DNA of 64,000 nucleotides from Candidatus Thorarchaeota archaeon (GCA_046758445.1 JBHIAE010000010.1:8686-72685); one strand, 5' to 3'. Shown: positions 1-9,781, counted from the stretch's first letter. Notes: generated from the letters alone by a model not told the origin. Program-made: numbers and translations.

Positions 1-1
1 C

Positions 2-802
2 GAAGCAGCAAAGCAGGCCATCAACGATGCGATTGTCGCACCAATGAAACATCCCGAGCTATTCATGGCGAAGGCTAGACAACCATGGAGGGGAATTCTC
101 TTCTATGGTCCAGCAGGCTGCGGAAAGACACTGATCGCGAAAGCAGTGGCTGCAGAGGTCAATGCCACATTCTTCAATGTTTCAGCAGGAAACATAGTCA
201 GCAAGTGGCTGGGAGAGTCGGAGAGACTTGTCATGACCCTATTTCAACTGGCCAGAAAGAGCCAGCCAGCGATAATATTCATGGATGAGCTTGACTCAAT
301 TGGGGTTTCCAGATCCGGCGACGACGTTGGCGGAGAGAGACGTCTAAAGACCCAACTATTGACAGAACTTCAGGGACTAGCTAGTGAGGCTCAGGATAGA
401 ATAACTGTGATTGGCGCGACCAACTTGCCGTGGGAGCTGGATTTCGCACTCAGATCTCGGTTTGAGAAGAAGATTCACGTTCCACTTCCTGACAAGACTG
501 CACGAAAGAACATCTTTCAGATTCACATGGAGGACATTGAGGTTTCATCGGAGATTGACTACGATGAGCTTGCGGACCTCAGTGAAGGATACAGCGGCCG
601 AGACATTAGCGTTGTGTGCAGAGAGGCAGCAATGGAGCCGATTAGAGACCTCCAACACTCAGGTCGAATGGATGAGGAAGAAGAGATTCTAGATATTCGT
701 CCTGTTTCCAGAGAGGACTTTCTCCAAGCGATTGAGAACATAAGACCGGCCACTTCTCCTGAGGATGTCAAGAGATACATCGACTGGGCGGAGGGTTCGT
801 AG
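2..802 (+). CDS. vps4: Vps4-like AAA+ ATPase (5'-partial; frame open to the window start)
   Basis: PWRGILFYGPAGCGKT (Walker A), SKWLGESERL pore loop, IIFMDELD (Walker B), GATNLPWELD...RSRF; adjacent to ESCRT-II genes. Confidence 0.88.
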   Translation, partial: EAAKQAINDAIVAPMKHPELFMAKARQPWRGILFYGPAGCGKTLIAKAVAAEVNATFFNVSAGNIVSKWLGESERLVMTLFQLARKSQPAIIFMDELDSIGVSRSGDDVGGERRLKTQLLTELQGLASEAQDRITVIGATNLPWELDFALRSRFEKKIHVPLPDKTARKNIFQIHMEDIEVSSEIDYDELADLSEGYSGRDISVVCREAAMEPIRDLQHSGRMDEEEEILDIRPVSREDFLQAIENIRPATSPEDVKRYIDWAEGS

Positions 803-805
803 GTT

Positions 806-1537
806 TTGGGAGTCAAGGAAAGGCGCAAAGAGAAGGAGAAGGCAGAAGCTGCGTCAAAGACTGCAGAAGAAGAAGTCGAACCTGTCAAGGAGATTCGACC
901 TCAGAGCATTGAAGAAACCCACAGACCTGTTGTTGAGATCGTAGAAGAGGCATCGGAGATTGTTCCGGAGGCTACCAATGAGGGGGTTGTCGAAGCAGTT
1001 GCAGATGACGTCACAACCTCACCTGTGGAAACCATTCTCCTCCCTTCGTGGGGCAATCAGAACGAAACTGAATGGATGTACAGCATACCCCCTAGGGAGG
1101 AAGACAAGAAGATGTGGGCGGAGGAGTGGGCAGACTTCGTTCTAGGGTGGGCTGAAGCAAGTGGAATTCACGTGCTCTCCGTCACTACATTCATCAAGGA
1201 GCCTCCTTTCAGCGATATCTCTGGGAAGGTAGATTCATTCCAACTGATTGGTGAAGTGCTGGTCGAGAAGAAGATTGCAGAGTGGCTTGACGAGGCGAGA
1301 AGACAGCTCCGAGTCTATTGGAGATTCCTCGAGGAATGGGCTGACATCATGTATCAATGGGCAATGAAGTCCGGAAAGCTAAGACTCGATGTGAAATCCA
1401 TTGTAATCCAAGAAGAGGAACAGGGTTTCGCGAATCTGCCCGAAAAGGACATCCACATAATCATGAGAATCATGGTTGAGAAGGGAATGGCGACCTGGGT
1501 CGACAAGACGAAGGGTGCCATAAAGGTCAAGGTCTAG
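806..1537 (+). CDS. vps25: ESCRT-II Vps25-like protein with acidic N-terminal extension
   Basis: W-x3-W-x6-W pattern (MWAEEWADFVLGW) and VYWRFLEEWADIMYQWA matching the Vps25 W-R-x-x-E-E-W-A motif; C-terminal GxA...KGAIKV; 3 bp downstream of vps4. Confidence 0.8.
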   Translation: MGVKERRKEKEKAEAASKTAEEEVEPVKEIRPQSIEETHRPVVEIVEEASEIVPEATNEGVVEAVADDVTTSPVETILLPSWGNQNETEWMYSIPPREEDKKMWAEEWADFVLGWAEASGIHVLSVTTFIKEPPFSDISGKVDSFQLIGEVLVEKKIAEWLDEARRQLRVYWRFLEEWADIMYQWAMKSGKLRLDVKSIVIQEEEQGFANLPEKDIHIIMRIMVEKGMATWVDKTKGAIKVKV

Positions 1538-1540
1538 AGC

Positions 1541-2299
1541 TTAACGGGCAGACCCAAAGGATTGGTCACTCTTATCCCTGGCCCTAAGGCCGGGAAAGTA
1601 ATAGCGGCCTCCAGTGGAGAAACGAATGTCAGCCACGGCCATTCCAGCATCGACGAGGCTCGCGAGGACTTGACGTGCATGGTCTTCTGACCATTTGAAC
1701 TGCATCATTACCTCCTCAACCGATACATGACCTTTTGAAGCTGCTAGGTTGACAACGTCAGCCTGGTCTCTTCTTAGCTCTAAGGGGCGAAGCTCAACTA
1801 CTTTCACACCGCCTCTAAGAGTACGAATCCCAGGGATAAGGCCATGTTCCGCCACTCGATTCACAGCCTCAATCACATCACTGTAACTCACGGCCTTGAG
1901 CTCAGGGAGACGTTTGACAACCTCAACGATCAGCTCTGCCAGCCCCATGAGACCTTTCGAAGCGTTTGCAGTGGCAACGTCAAGTATGGCGAGCCCAATG
2001 TAGTCATAGTACTCCTCTTGGGACATTCCGTCTGCTCTTGGATGAGTTTCAGACCTTTGAAGATTCAGCAGCTGAATAGCATCAGCAAATCGTTCTGTTA
2101 GCCTCTCCATCTCCATGAAAGAACTGATGTCAAGCCCAATCCGACTGAAGTCATCGATATTGTGTTTGACCTCTCTTGTAAGTGCTTCAGACTCTCTTTG
2201 ATATGACCTGATATCGACCACTCCCAAATCGAACATCTTCTTCAGTTGGTCCAGCGTGGCTATGGACGCGTAGAGTTCTGACTGAAGTCGCTCCTGCAT
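1541..2299 (-). CDS. EAP30 (Vps22/Vps36-like) ESCRT-II protein with Vps28-like N-terminal domain
   Basis: C-terminal part YYDYIGLAILDV..GLMGLAEL..VSYSDVIEAV..PLELRRDQADVVNLA..GHVSV..WSEDHARQVL..GMAVAD..YYFP is EAP30-type; N-terminal ELYASIATLDQLKKMF..Y resembles Vps28-N. Confidence 0.82.
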   Translation of the reverse strand: MQERLQSELYASIATLDQLKKMFDLGVVDIRSYQRESEALTREVKHNIDDFSRIGLDISSFMEMERLTERFADAIQLLNLQRSETHPRADGMSQEEYYDYIGLAILDVATANASKGLMGLAELIVEVVKRLPELKAVSYSDVIEAVNRVAEHGLIPGIRTLRGGVKVVELRPLELRRDQADVVNLAASKGHVSVEEVMMQFKWSEDHARQVLASLVDAGMAVADIRFSTGGRYYFPGLRARDKSDQSFGSAR

Positions 2300-2395
2300 A
2301 GAGGTCTACCTTCATCCAACTACAAGACCCAGACCGGGCTGTGAGATGAGATTGGGGGGATGCTACTATAAGAGAGAGTATTATTCGCTGACGCT

Positions 2396-3754
2396 CTAAG
2401 GAGTGATTCTATCTCTATCTCTAGGAAGTAGTGTTGCTTCTCTGATGTTTTCAATCCCAAGCATCTGCATTGTCAGCCGCTCCACGCCCAATCCGAGACC
2501 TCCATGGGGTGGTGCCCCGAATTTGAAGGGATCAAGGTAGAAGGCGAAATCATCTGGATTGAAACCCTTCGCTTTGAATCTCTCTATGAGGAGGTCATAG
2601 AGATGAATGCGCTGGCTGCCGGTTGTGATCTCCATGCCTTTGTAGGTAAGATCGAAACTCTCAGTCATGCCCTCATCTGTGAGACTAGGCATTGTATATG
2701 CAGGACGCAATTCCATAGGATAGTGCGTTATGAAGACCATATCAGTACCGTACTTCCTTGGAAAGATCTCTCCAAGGAGGCGCTCCCCCTCTGGATCGAT
2801 ATCTTCAGTGATTGAGATCTCCTTCCCTTCTTGGTTCAACAGATCGATAGCCGTTTCGAACTTGATTCTCTTGAATGGAACCTTGGGTATCTCCAGATCT
2901 ATCCCCAGAAGCTCAAGTTCTGCTGCTGATGCCTTTGCAGTTTCTTTGAATGAATGGTGTAGCATCTTCTCCTCCATCTTCATTACATCATCGACGTCAC
3001 TGATCCAGGCCATCTCATAGTCAAAAGATGTGTATTCGTTAATGTGGCGGCGTGTGTTATGCTTCTCAGCTCTAAACACCGGGGCAATCTCAAAGACTCG
3101 ACCAAAGCCCGCAAGCAACATCAATTGCTTGTAGAACTGTGGACTCTGTGCTAGGTACGCTTTCTTGTCAAAGTACTTTATCTCGAAGAGGTTGGCTCCA
3201 CCCTCAGTCGCCTCAGCAACTATCTTGGGTGTGTGAATCTCTACGAAGTCATTGGCTTCGAGAAACTCTCGGGCGAATCTCACAAGGGAGTGTTGGATGT
3301 GGAATATTGCATTGACCGTGGGCTTCCTTAGATCAAGTATTCTGTGATTTAGGCGAGTGTCGAGTTCGACGTCTACCTTACCTTCCACGACATCAATGGG
3401 TAGACGTTCCGCTCTATTGATAATACGAATCTCTTCAGGGATAACTTCTACACCTGATGCGACCTGTTTCGCAGATACTACTGTGCCTTTCACAGCAACA
3501 GCATATTCGGGCTTCAGCTGTCTCGCCACTTCGAAGACAGCCTCTGAAACCTTCTTCTGGGGAATGGTGATTTGAACTGTGCCGTGTTCATCTCGTAGAA
3601 TCAGGAACTTGATCTTGCCCTTGTCACGCAGAATGTGAACCCATCCCAGCAGTGCTACTTCAGTATCAATGGCGTCTGCTGTGATCGCGTCACTGAAGTG
3701 AGTGCGTCTTCCTTCGCCAATTGGTTCAACACCTGCTTCACTGTAGAAGTCCAT
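2396..3754 (-). CDS. aspS: Aspartyl-tRNA synthetase, archaeal type (probably non-discriminating)
   Basis: OB-fold GWVHILRD, YLAQSPQFYKQ, motif 2 FRAE, motif 3 GAPPHGGLGLGVER; His in WVH suggests ND type. Confidence 0.95.
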   Translation of the reverse strand: MDFYSEAGVEPIGEGRRTHFSDAITADAIDTEVALLGWVHILRDKGKIKFLILRDEHGTVQITIPQKKVSEAVFEVARQLKPEYAVAVKGTVVSAKQVASGVEVIPEEIRIINRAERLPIDVVEGKVDVELDTRLNHRILDLRKPTVNAIFHIQHSLVRFAREFLEANDFVEIHTPKIVAEATEGGANLFEIKYFDKKAYLAQSPQFYKQLMLLAGFGRVFEIAPVFRAEKHNTRRHINEYTSFDYEMAWISDVDDVMKMEEKMLHHSFKETAKASAAELELLGIDLEIPKVPFKRIKFETAIDLLNQEGKEISITEDIDPEGERLLGEIFPRKYGTDMVFITHYPMELRPAYTMPSLTDEGMTESFDLTYKGMEITTGSQRIHLYDLLIERFKAKGFNPDDFAFYLDPFKFGAPPHGGLGLGVERLTMQMLGIENIREATLLPRDRDRITP

Positions 3755-3908
3755 TCAGTTTCGCCTCGCTAATACGACAAACACTCCTTCAAGATTGCAT
3801 TATGAGGCTTTTGGGCCGACTGTAATGCGGTGCCGGAACGCATTTGGAAGAAAGGGAAGAGATCCCTGGGACTGTCCCCAGGGAAATCGTTCATGTTGCC
3901 ATCCCAGA

Positions 3909-4142
3909 CTACATGGGCGCCGAAACCAGCTCATAGACCGTCCGTCGCTTGTCCTCGCCATCTTCAGACTCCCGGATTAGGCCCAAGTCCTTCAATCGAC
4001 TGAGGCCGTAGTTTACCGTTCGTGGAGGCAGAAAGGTTCTACTGATCAGGTCCTGCCGGGACATCCGGCGCCTGTTCTTAAGAAGAACGTAAAGGAACTT
4101 CGCAGACGGAGGAAGAGCTAAGAATGAGCGTTGGGCAAACAT
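3909..4142 (-). CDS. Small winged-helix (MarR-like) DNA-binding protein
   Basis: LPPSAKFLY..L..RTVNYGLSRL..GLI..DKRRTVYEL, a conserved small archaeal wHTH pattern. Confidence 0.75.
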   Translation of the reverse strand: MFAQRSFLALPPSAKFLYVLLKNRRRMSRQDLISRTFLPPRTVNYGLSRLKDLGLIRESEDGEDKRRTVYELVSAPM

Positions 4143-4288
4143 GATCCCACCTTAGAGTTGATACCATGTTTCGTCTTACCTCCGTTATGTTTGCCGTGTC
4201 TGTACCTCATCTGCAAATAAGGATTCGCGTTTCAACATTCACAGGACCTGACGTAGGTCTTATCTCTGTTAAGACAGGTTGTTAGGTC

Positions 4289-4963
4289 ATGTACTCCTTT
4301 GATGCCCTCGAGATTATTGGTCATCGCAGCCTACCAGTTCCCAACACCTTCTATAGACTGGAAAGGAGGTCTAATAGACTTGCTTTGGTTTTCCCAGGAC
4401 GAGGGTATACCTCACAAGCTCCACTGCTCCATTACACAATAAGCACACTGATTGCTGCAGGGTTCAATGTGCTAAGTGTGAACTATTCGTATCTTCACAA
4501 CAATGACTTTGAGTCACTCCGGAGAGAGGAGCAAATGAGATGGTTGTATGATGATGTGGAAGCCGCGTATCATGTAGCCACCAAGAAGCTAGATGCAGAA
4601 GTGGATGTTCTCATTGGCAAATCCTTGGGTACTATTGCAATAGGCCATTTGCTTGACAAACATCCAAGACTGTCACAGTGTAGGGTGGTATGGCACACGC
4701 CATTGATACTCTTGCCTGAACTCCAGCAGCAGATCAAGAACCATCACCCACAATCGCTCTTCGTGATTGGCACGGCAGATCCACACTATGATCAAGATAC
4801 GTTGGCGGAGTTGGTGGAATCGACCAATGGCGAGGCAGTGGTTGTTGAGGACGCGAACCATGCAATGGAAGTGCCTGGAGAGGTCAATGACTCGTTGTGG
4901 ATCATTGGTAAGATCATTGACAGCGTCGGGGAGTTTCTGGGGGTCACTGCTTCTGAAGGATGA
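4289..4963 (+). CDS. Alpha/beta hydrolase family protein
   Basis: FPGRGY oxyanion segment, GKSLG nucleophile elbow, GTADP Asp, ANH His. Confidence 0.8.
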   Translation: MYSFDALEIIGHRSLPVPNTFYRLERRSNRLALVFPGRGYTSQAPLLHYTISTLIAAGFNVLSVNYSYLHNNDFESLRREEQMRWLYDDVEAAYHVATKKLDAEVDVLIGKSLGTIAIGHLLDKHPRLSQCRVVWHTPLILLPELQQQIKNHHPQSLFVIGTADPHYDQDTLAELVESTNGEAVVVEDANHAMEVPGEVNDSLWIIGKIIDSVGEFLGVTASEG

Positions 4964-6302
4964 GAATCCACTCACCGTGCATTCGTTCCCTCCGCGGGAT
5001 ACGGATGAAATGTCTGATGAGCGCAGAGAAGAAGACCTTATCAAGACTGAAACCAACATCTTCAGCTGTGGCAATCTCTGAGAGGATTTCGTGAGAGGGG
5101 ACCTCAACATTGCGAATCAAGTTGTTGCCTATCGCCACACAATAATGCCCACCTGGTTTCAGCACCCTAGCCATCTCCTGAAACTGGAGCTTCATGTCCT
5201 CGAAGAACTTGTAGGTGATGAATGACCGTCGTGGGTCCTGGTCGAATATCTCCTCAAGAATCGGGTCCAGAGTTTCAACGCCAGAGATTTTGAGTCGTTC
5301 ATATTCCCTCTTGTAGACCGTTTCGGTTCCGATGTACTTTCGCTTCATATTTGAGAGAGGACCCTCCTCCACGAGCCCGAGCCAATACATCTCGAGCTGA
5401 TGGGTTCGTGGATAGTCGACTGCGTTTATATATGGAGGAGAGCTCACGGCGAGGTCAATAGCAGAAGTTCTCAGTCCAGTTTCCATAGCATTTCCATCAG
5501 GAAGTCGAACCTCTCCAACTCCCGAAGTCTGATATAATGTATGTAAACGCTTCATGCCATCAAGCTGTCTAGAGAGAGCTGAGTAGAATCTAGCAATAGT
5601 GTCTCCAGCACTGATCTTCTTCACGAGGTTCTTTCGTATGACGGTCCTGGTACAGTGTGGATCGGCATTGGAAGCATCTCTGATTATCGATGAGAACACG
5701 ACCTGCATGAAGTCAACGACATCACTATGATGCGAGCTGGTTCGGGTCACCCCTAGGTCGGTGAGGTCAAGATCGCATATACTCTCTAGAATGATGCCAA
5801 GCTCCCTGAGAACGAACGGACGAAACCACGTATCTCTATAATTGAAGTCAGGGATATGTGGTTCGGAATCACGAGCTCTTTCTTTCTTCTTGATGGCTTC
5901 CATCAGTTTCTCGCACGCGGATTCGAGCAGAAACTCCTCTATTGGAGTCGTTTTGACCTTCGTTATCAGGCGTGCCATTGGGTCGATGTCAATTCCAACT
6001 GCATTTCTTCCTGATAGCATCGCCTCAAGAACCACTGTACCACTGCCGCACATTGGGTCCAGAACCTGATGATTCCTCTCAGAGTATCTTCGGATCAGAT
6101 AGCGTGGCAGCTCGGGGAAGAACTTGGCTGGGAATTTGTGGATTCCATGTGTTAGGTAGGACTGGTCCCGGCTAATTATCAGTATTTTTGCATGATTGGG
6201 TATGGAGGTGTCTGGGTCGATGTCCCCATGAATCTCTAGAAGCTCTTCATCGCTGTCACTGGAACTATCCAAAGGTCGACTGCGACTAGAAGGGGTTCCC
6301 AT
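4944..6302 (-). CDS. N4-cytosine/N6-adenine DNA methyltransferase (orphan)
   Basis: THGIHKFPAKF, SAM motif DPMCGSGT, catalytic SPPY, RVLKPGG. Confidence 0.88.
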   Translation of the reverse strand: MGTPSSRSRPLDSSSDSDEELLEIHGDIDPDTSIPNHAKILIISRDQSYLTHGIHKFPAKFFPELPRYLIRRYSERNHQVLDPMCGSGTVVLEAMLSGRNAVGIDIDPMARLITKVKTTPIEEFLLESACEKLMEAIKKKERARDSEPHIPDFNYRDTWFRPFVLRELGIILESICDLDLTDLGVTRTSSHHSDVVDFMQVVFSSIIRDASNADPHCTRTVIRKNLVKKISAGDTIARFYSALSRQLDGMKRLHTLYQTSGVGEVRLPDGNAMETGLRTSAIDLAVSSPPYINAVDYPRTHQLEMYWLGLVEEGPLSNMKRKYIGTETVYKREYERLKISGVETLDPILEEIFDQDPRRSFITYKFFEDMKLQFQEMARVLKPGGHYCVAIGNNLIRNVEVPSHEILSEIATAEDVGFSLDKVFFSALIRHFIRIPRRERMHGEWILILQKQ

Positions 6303-6454
6303 TCAGATTCTTCTCCCAAGTGGACTGCGCACTGCTCTCTGTCTGCTGCTGCCCTTCACATAATAAGGTCGCCGCTCTCTTGTATGTCATTCGCGCGGAA
6401 AGCTCTCTCACCCTGATGGAATTGGGTTGAGAGTGAGGGCGTCCAAGGCATTCT

Positions 6455-7804
6455 TCAAACGCTGTCTGATATGGCCTTGTCGAGTCGATCTGCGACGTTG
6501 TCGATGTCTTCCTTAGTCATGATGTAGCTTGGAGTGAACCTTAGCACATTCTGACCAGCACCGAGAATCCATAGTCTATGTTTCTGGACTGCATTCTTGA
6601 GAATCCTGTTCCGCAGCTTCGGAGCCTTCTCTTTTGACTTCTTGTCTTTCACAAGTTCGACGCCAGTCATCAGGCCGATTCCTCGAACGTCGCCGACGAC
6701 CTCATGTTTGTCCTTCAGTTCATCGAGTCTCTTTCTGAGGTAGACCCCGCTCTCTGCATTCTTCTTGAGGAAATCGCCATCCTCGATGTTCTTCAGAATC
6801 CAGAGAGAAAGAAGAGACATCTTTGGCTCCGCGGAGAAGGTTTCAGAATGACGCGCACCTGAAGTGTACATTGGCGCTGGACCAATGGACGCACCCATCG
6901 GATAACCACCTCCAAGCGCCTTGGCCATCGAGATATAGTCTGGAACGACATCATGATTCTCAACCGCGAACCACCTGCCAGTGCGTCCCATTCCGGCTTG
7001 TACCTCATCAGACATGAAGAACCCACCGGCCTCTTTCGTGACCTCATACATGCCCTTGACGGCCTTGGCCGGAGGCACAATCAGTCCACCTTCGCCACAG
7101 ATTGGTTCCATTACTGTGGCGGCGATATCATCACCTTCAACCTGTAGCGCGTACCTCAGTGCCTCAACGCATTCCAAGTTGCAGTCCTCAACATTCTGAC
7201 CGTACGGACAACGGTAACAGTAGGGATAGAAGACACGAATCACATCTACACCTTGTGGAAATCCATACTTGTGCTTCGAGTTCGTGGATGTAAGTGCAAG
7301 AGCATATCCTGTTCTCCCATGAAAGGCGGGTCTAAAAGTGACGAATCTGCGCCTACCTGAGATGTCCATCGCAGATTTCATACATCCCTCTACAGCGCGA
7401 CTCCCAGACGTGGTGAAAACGACACGTTTCTTATGACTGCCGGGACTAATCTTGGCCAGCTTCTCAGCGAGCAACGTCTGAGGAATTGCATCGAAGTCCA
7501 TGCCAGGGAACTCGCGAATGACATCATTGATTCTAATCTCAAAGTCAAGATACGGCTTATGCTGCAGTCCGAACGCTCGGACGGCCACTCCGCCCGTGAC
7601 GTCAAGATACTCCGTTCCCTCAACGTCGTAGATCTTGACTCCTTTGCCCCTAGTATGGTCAAGACAGCCATAGACATCTCTGTCTTGAGTCGTGATGGCC
7701 AAAGCCTCAGCAGCTCTCTTCTTCCAATAGTCATTCGTCATCTCTGCGGAACCTATGTCTTCAAACCCAAGCTCCTTGAGAATCTGAATATGCTTGTCAT
7801 CCAT
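6455..7804 (-). CDS. Class III PLP-dependent aminotransferase (GabT/ArgD-like)
   Basis: FHGRT, EPICGEGG, DEVQAGMGRTG, MAKALGGG, GDVRGIGLMTGVE; start may be 7846. Confidence 0.9.
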   Translation of the reverse strand: MDDKHIQILKELGFEDIGSAEMTNDYWKKRAAEALAITTQDRDVYGCLDHTRGKGVKIYDVEGTEYLDVTGGVAVRAFGLQHKPYLDFEIRINDVIREFPGMDFDAIPQTLLAEKLAKISPGSHKKRVVFTTSGSRAVEGCMKSAMDISGRRRFVTFRPAFHGRTGYALALTSTNSKHKYGFPQGVDVIRVFYPYCYRCPYGQNVEDCNLECVEALRYALQVEGDDIAATVMEPICGEGGLIVPPAKAVKGMYEVTKEAGGFFMSDEVQAGMGRTGRWFAVENHDVVPDYISMAKALGGGYPMGASIGPAPMYTSGARHSETFSAEPKMSLLSLWILKNIEDGDFLKKNAESGVYLRKRLDELKDKHEVVGDVRGIGLMTGVELVKDKKSKEKAPKLRNRILKNAVQKHRLWILGAGQNVLRFTPSYIMTKEDIDNVADRLDKAISDSV

Positions 7805-7971
7805 TATGCTCACTTCACAAAGCGGTTGGGTCGCTCGAGGGTCCACTCCATTATCTAATTTCCGGATACGGCGTAATCACTTCGTATTGAGATGACACCA
7901 CAGAAAAAGATAGGAAAGAGCGGGCGGGAGTTCCCATACCTGCTCAATTCGATCGTATTCTAGTCACGTGC

Positions 7972-8301
7972 CTACTTGACTACGTAGAGCAGGGCTCCAG
8001 TGATAACGAGTATGGCAGCAATGCCGCCACTCACAATCAGCATCAGTACTCCGAGAATCAGAAGAACAACCCAGTTGTTGTCGAACTTCAGTGCAGGAAT
8101 GTTGATCACACCGCTGGTGGCCAGCACAATCAGGGAAAGGAGAACTAGGATTATCCCCTCAACCAAAGCCTCAAGGATACCAAGACCCCACAAAGAGAGA
8201 CCATAGGTTCCGATTCCGGCGGCGATTAGAATCCCGAATAGGAGACCGATAAGTCCCCCAAGGACTACGAGTAGCTCGCCGATTTTCTTCAAGTTTGCCA
8301 T
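7972..8301 (-). CDS. Small integral membrane protein
   Basis: 109 aa, almost entirely hydrophobic/Gly-rich, about 4 TM helices. Confidence 0.7.
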   Translation of the reverse strand: MANLKKIGELLVVLGGLIGLLFGILIAAGIGTYGLSLWGLGILEALVEGIILVLLSLIVLATSGVINIPALKFDNNWVVLLILGVLMLIVSGGIAAILVITGALLYVVK

Positions 8302-8320
8302 TTCATGACATCCCCTTGTT

Positions 8321-8689
8321 CTAACTCTTAGTGATTACCAAGATTCCGGCGATGAGAATCATCAAGCCAGCAAGTGTTCCCGCGTTCATTAGCCAGCCGA
8401 TGACATCAAAGCTGACATTGCGAAGAACAATGACGATAGCTATGAACCCGAATACCGCCAGAAGAATACCGTTTCTCGCTACCCTCCAGTATACATACCC
8501 GGACGCATCGACGGAGAGAACGGCAATCAAGATGAGCGTAATCGCCAAGACCGTTTCTATGACGCCTTCGAAGTCCCCACCTAGAGCCTGGTTGATTCCG
8601 CCGATGAGCATTTGAAGAGCATACACCAGCAGAACCAGAGCGCCTAGGAGAGTGAAGCCTTGAGCGGCGCCTTCAGCTTTACATCCCAC
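8321..8689 (-). CDS. Small integral membrane protein
   Basis: 122 aa, about 4 hydrophobic helices; co-oriented with the previous gene (19 bp gap). Confidence 0.7.
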   Translation of the reverse strand: MGCKAEGAAQGFTLLGALVLLVYALQMLIGGINQALGGDFEGVIETVLAITLILIAVLSVDASGYVYWRVARNGILLAVFGFIAIVIVLRNVSFDVIGWLMNAGTLAGLMILIAGILVITKS

Positions 8690-8895
8690 GTTATCTTGTC
8701 CCCAAACAATGTTCTATGACACGGATATGTATTGGCACAAACGCCCACATCGTCTGACCCCGAGCAGAGGTAGAACAATGATAAAAGTATCGCTTCGCAA
8801 CGACCAACCTTGAACGGTTTTGGACAGCCACGGGCGTAATACATAGGATTGTATTCGATGGCAGACCACCTCTTCATGTACGAAAGAAGACTGGG

Positions 8896-9774
8896 GTGAC
8901 CACAACGCGATATCCCACATATGAAGGGAGCAAGTCCTCAGAGCGCTCAGTAAGACTGGATCGCACTGAAGGGCACATTGTCATTGAGGGGAGAGCATAT
9001 CCCGCTAGAGAACTTGTAGAAGCGCTTGCGCAATCTGGATACACTGAACTGAAGGCAGTTGGTGACTCACTCATGCTTGGCAGGAAACGTATAACTCCCA
9101 TTTTCAAGTCTAGACAGGATCGAGCAATGGCCAGTGTCTGCCACGGAAGTCTGGCTTTCTGTTGTCCTCTATCGAAGAGATGTGCAGAGCGAGATCGTGC
9201 ACTGGAGATGTTGGGCCTAACTCCCGATGAATATGGTCGAATGAAGAATGATGCACACCTGAGGTTCGTCGAGTCCGCAAGAGGGTTGTCCACTGTGGAT
9301 GATTCTCCTACATATGACGAACGACGACACAGACTAGCAAACGAGCCCGCAGTAGACCGGGGTTATGGCTCTGACGACTATCGCAGGGACTTTGATTCAC
9401 TTGAACGCACTGTTCAGCCATATGGCCGACCATCTGAGAGAGTGACTGATCCATGGATGCGAGGTCGTGACACGTCGCATCCGCGGGACCATCCTTCCCT
9501 CTACACAGACAGTGACCAAGCAGACTCGTATGCGGACCTAAGCAATCTCTTCGTAGATGAACACAAGTCACAGGGTGGCTTTTCATCCGCACCAGCCTGT
9601 GATATTCGTACTGGTGAGAATGTTGAAGGCCTCGGTGCATTGTTTGCACAAGGCGAGCTAAGTCCATTTAGTTCGGAATCTGATGGGAGAGAGAGTAGGA
9701 CATTCTGTTTCTCCTGTGGTAGAACATTCAGGGCCGGGACAAAGGTATGTCCATGGTGTGGAGTGCCACAATAG
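8896..9774 (+). CDS. Protein with methanogenesis-marker-9-like Cys motif and C-terminal zinc ribbon
   Basis: CHGSLAFCCPLSKRCAERDRALEMLGLTPDEYGRMK; C-terminal CFSCG-x8-CPWCG. Confidence 0.6.
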   Translation: MTTTRYPTYEGSKSSERSVRLDRTEGHIVIEGRAYPARELVEALAQSGYTELKAVGDSLMLGRKRITPIFKSRQDRAMASVCHGSLAFCCPLSKRCAERDRALEMLGLTPDEYGRMKNDAHLRFVESARGLSTVDDSPTYDERRHRLANEPAVDRGYGSDDYRRDFDSLERTVQPYGRPSERVTDPWMRGRDTSHPRDHPSLYTDSDQADSYADLSNLFVDEHKSQGGFSSAPACDIRTGENVEGLGALFAQGELSPFSSESDGRESRTFCFSCGRTFRAGTKVCPWCGVPQ

Positions 9775-9781
9775 GACTGAA

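Noticed and set aside
1-1000. CTAG enrichment as a methylation signature
   Set aside because: About 4 sites seen in the first kb, roughly the random expectation; a full k-mer count would be needed
4289-4963. Restriction endonuclease partner of the methyltransferase
   Set aside because: The ORF has an alpha/beta-hydrolase triad, not PD-(D/E)xK or HNH motifs
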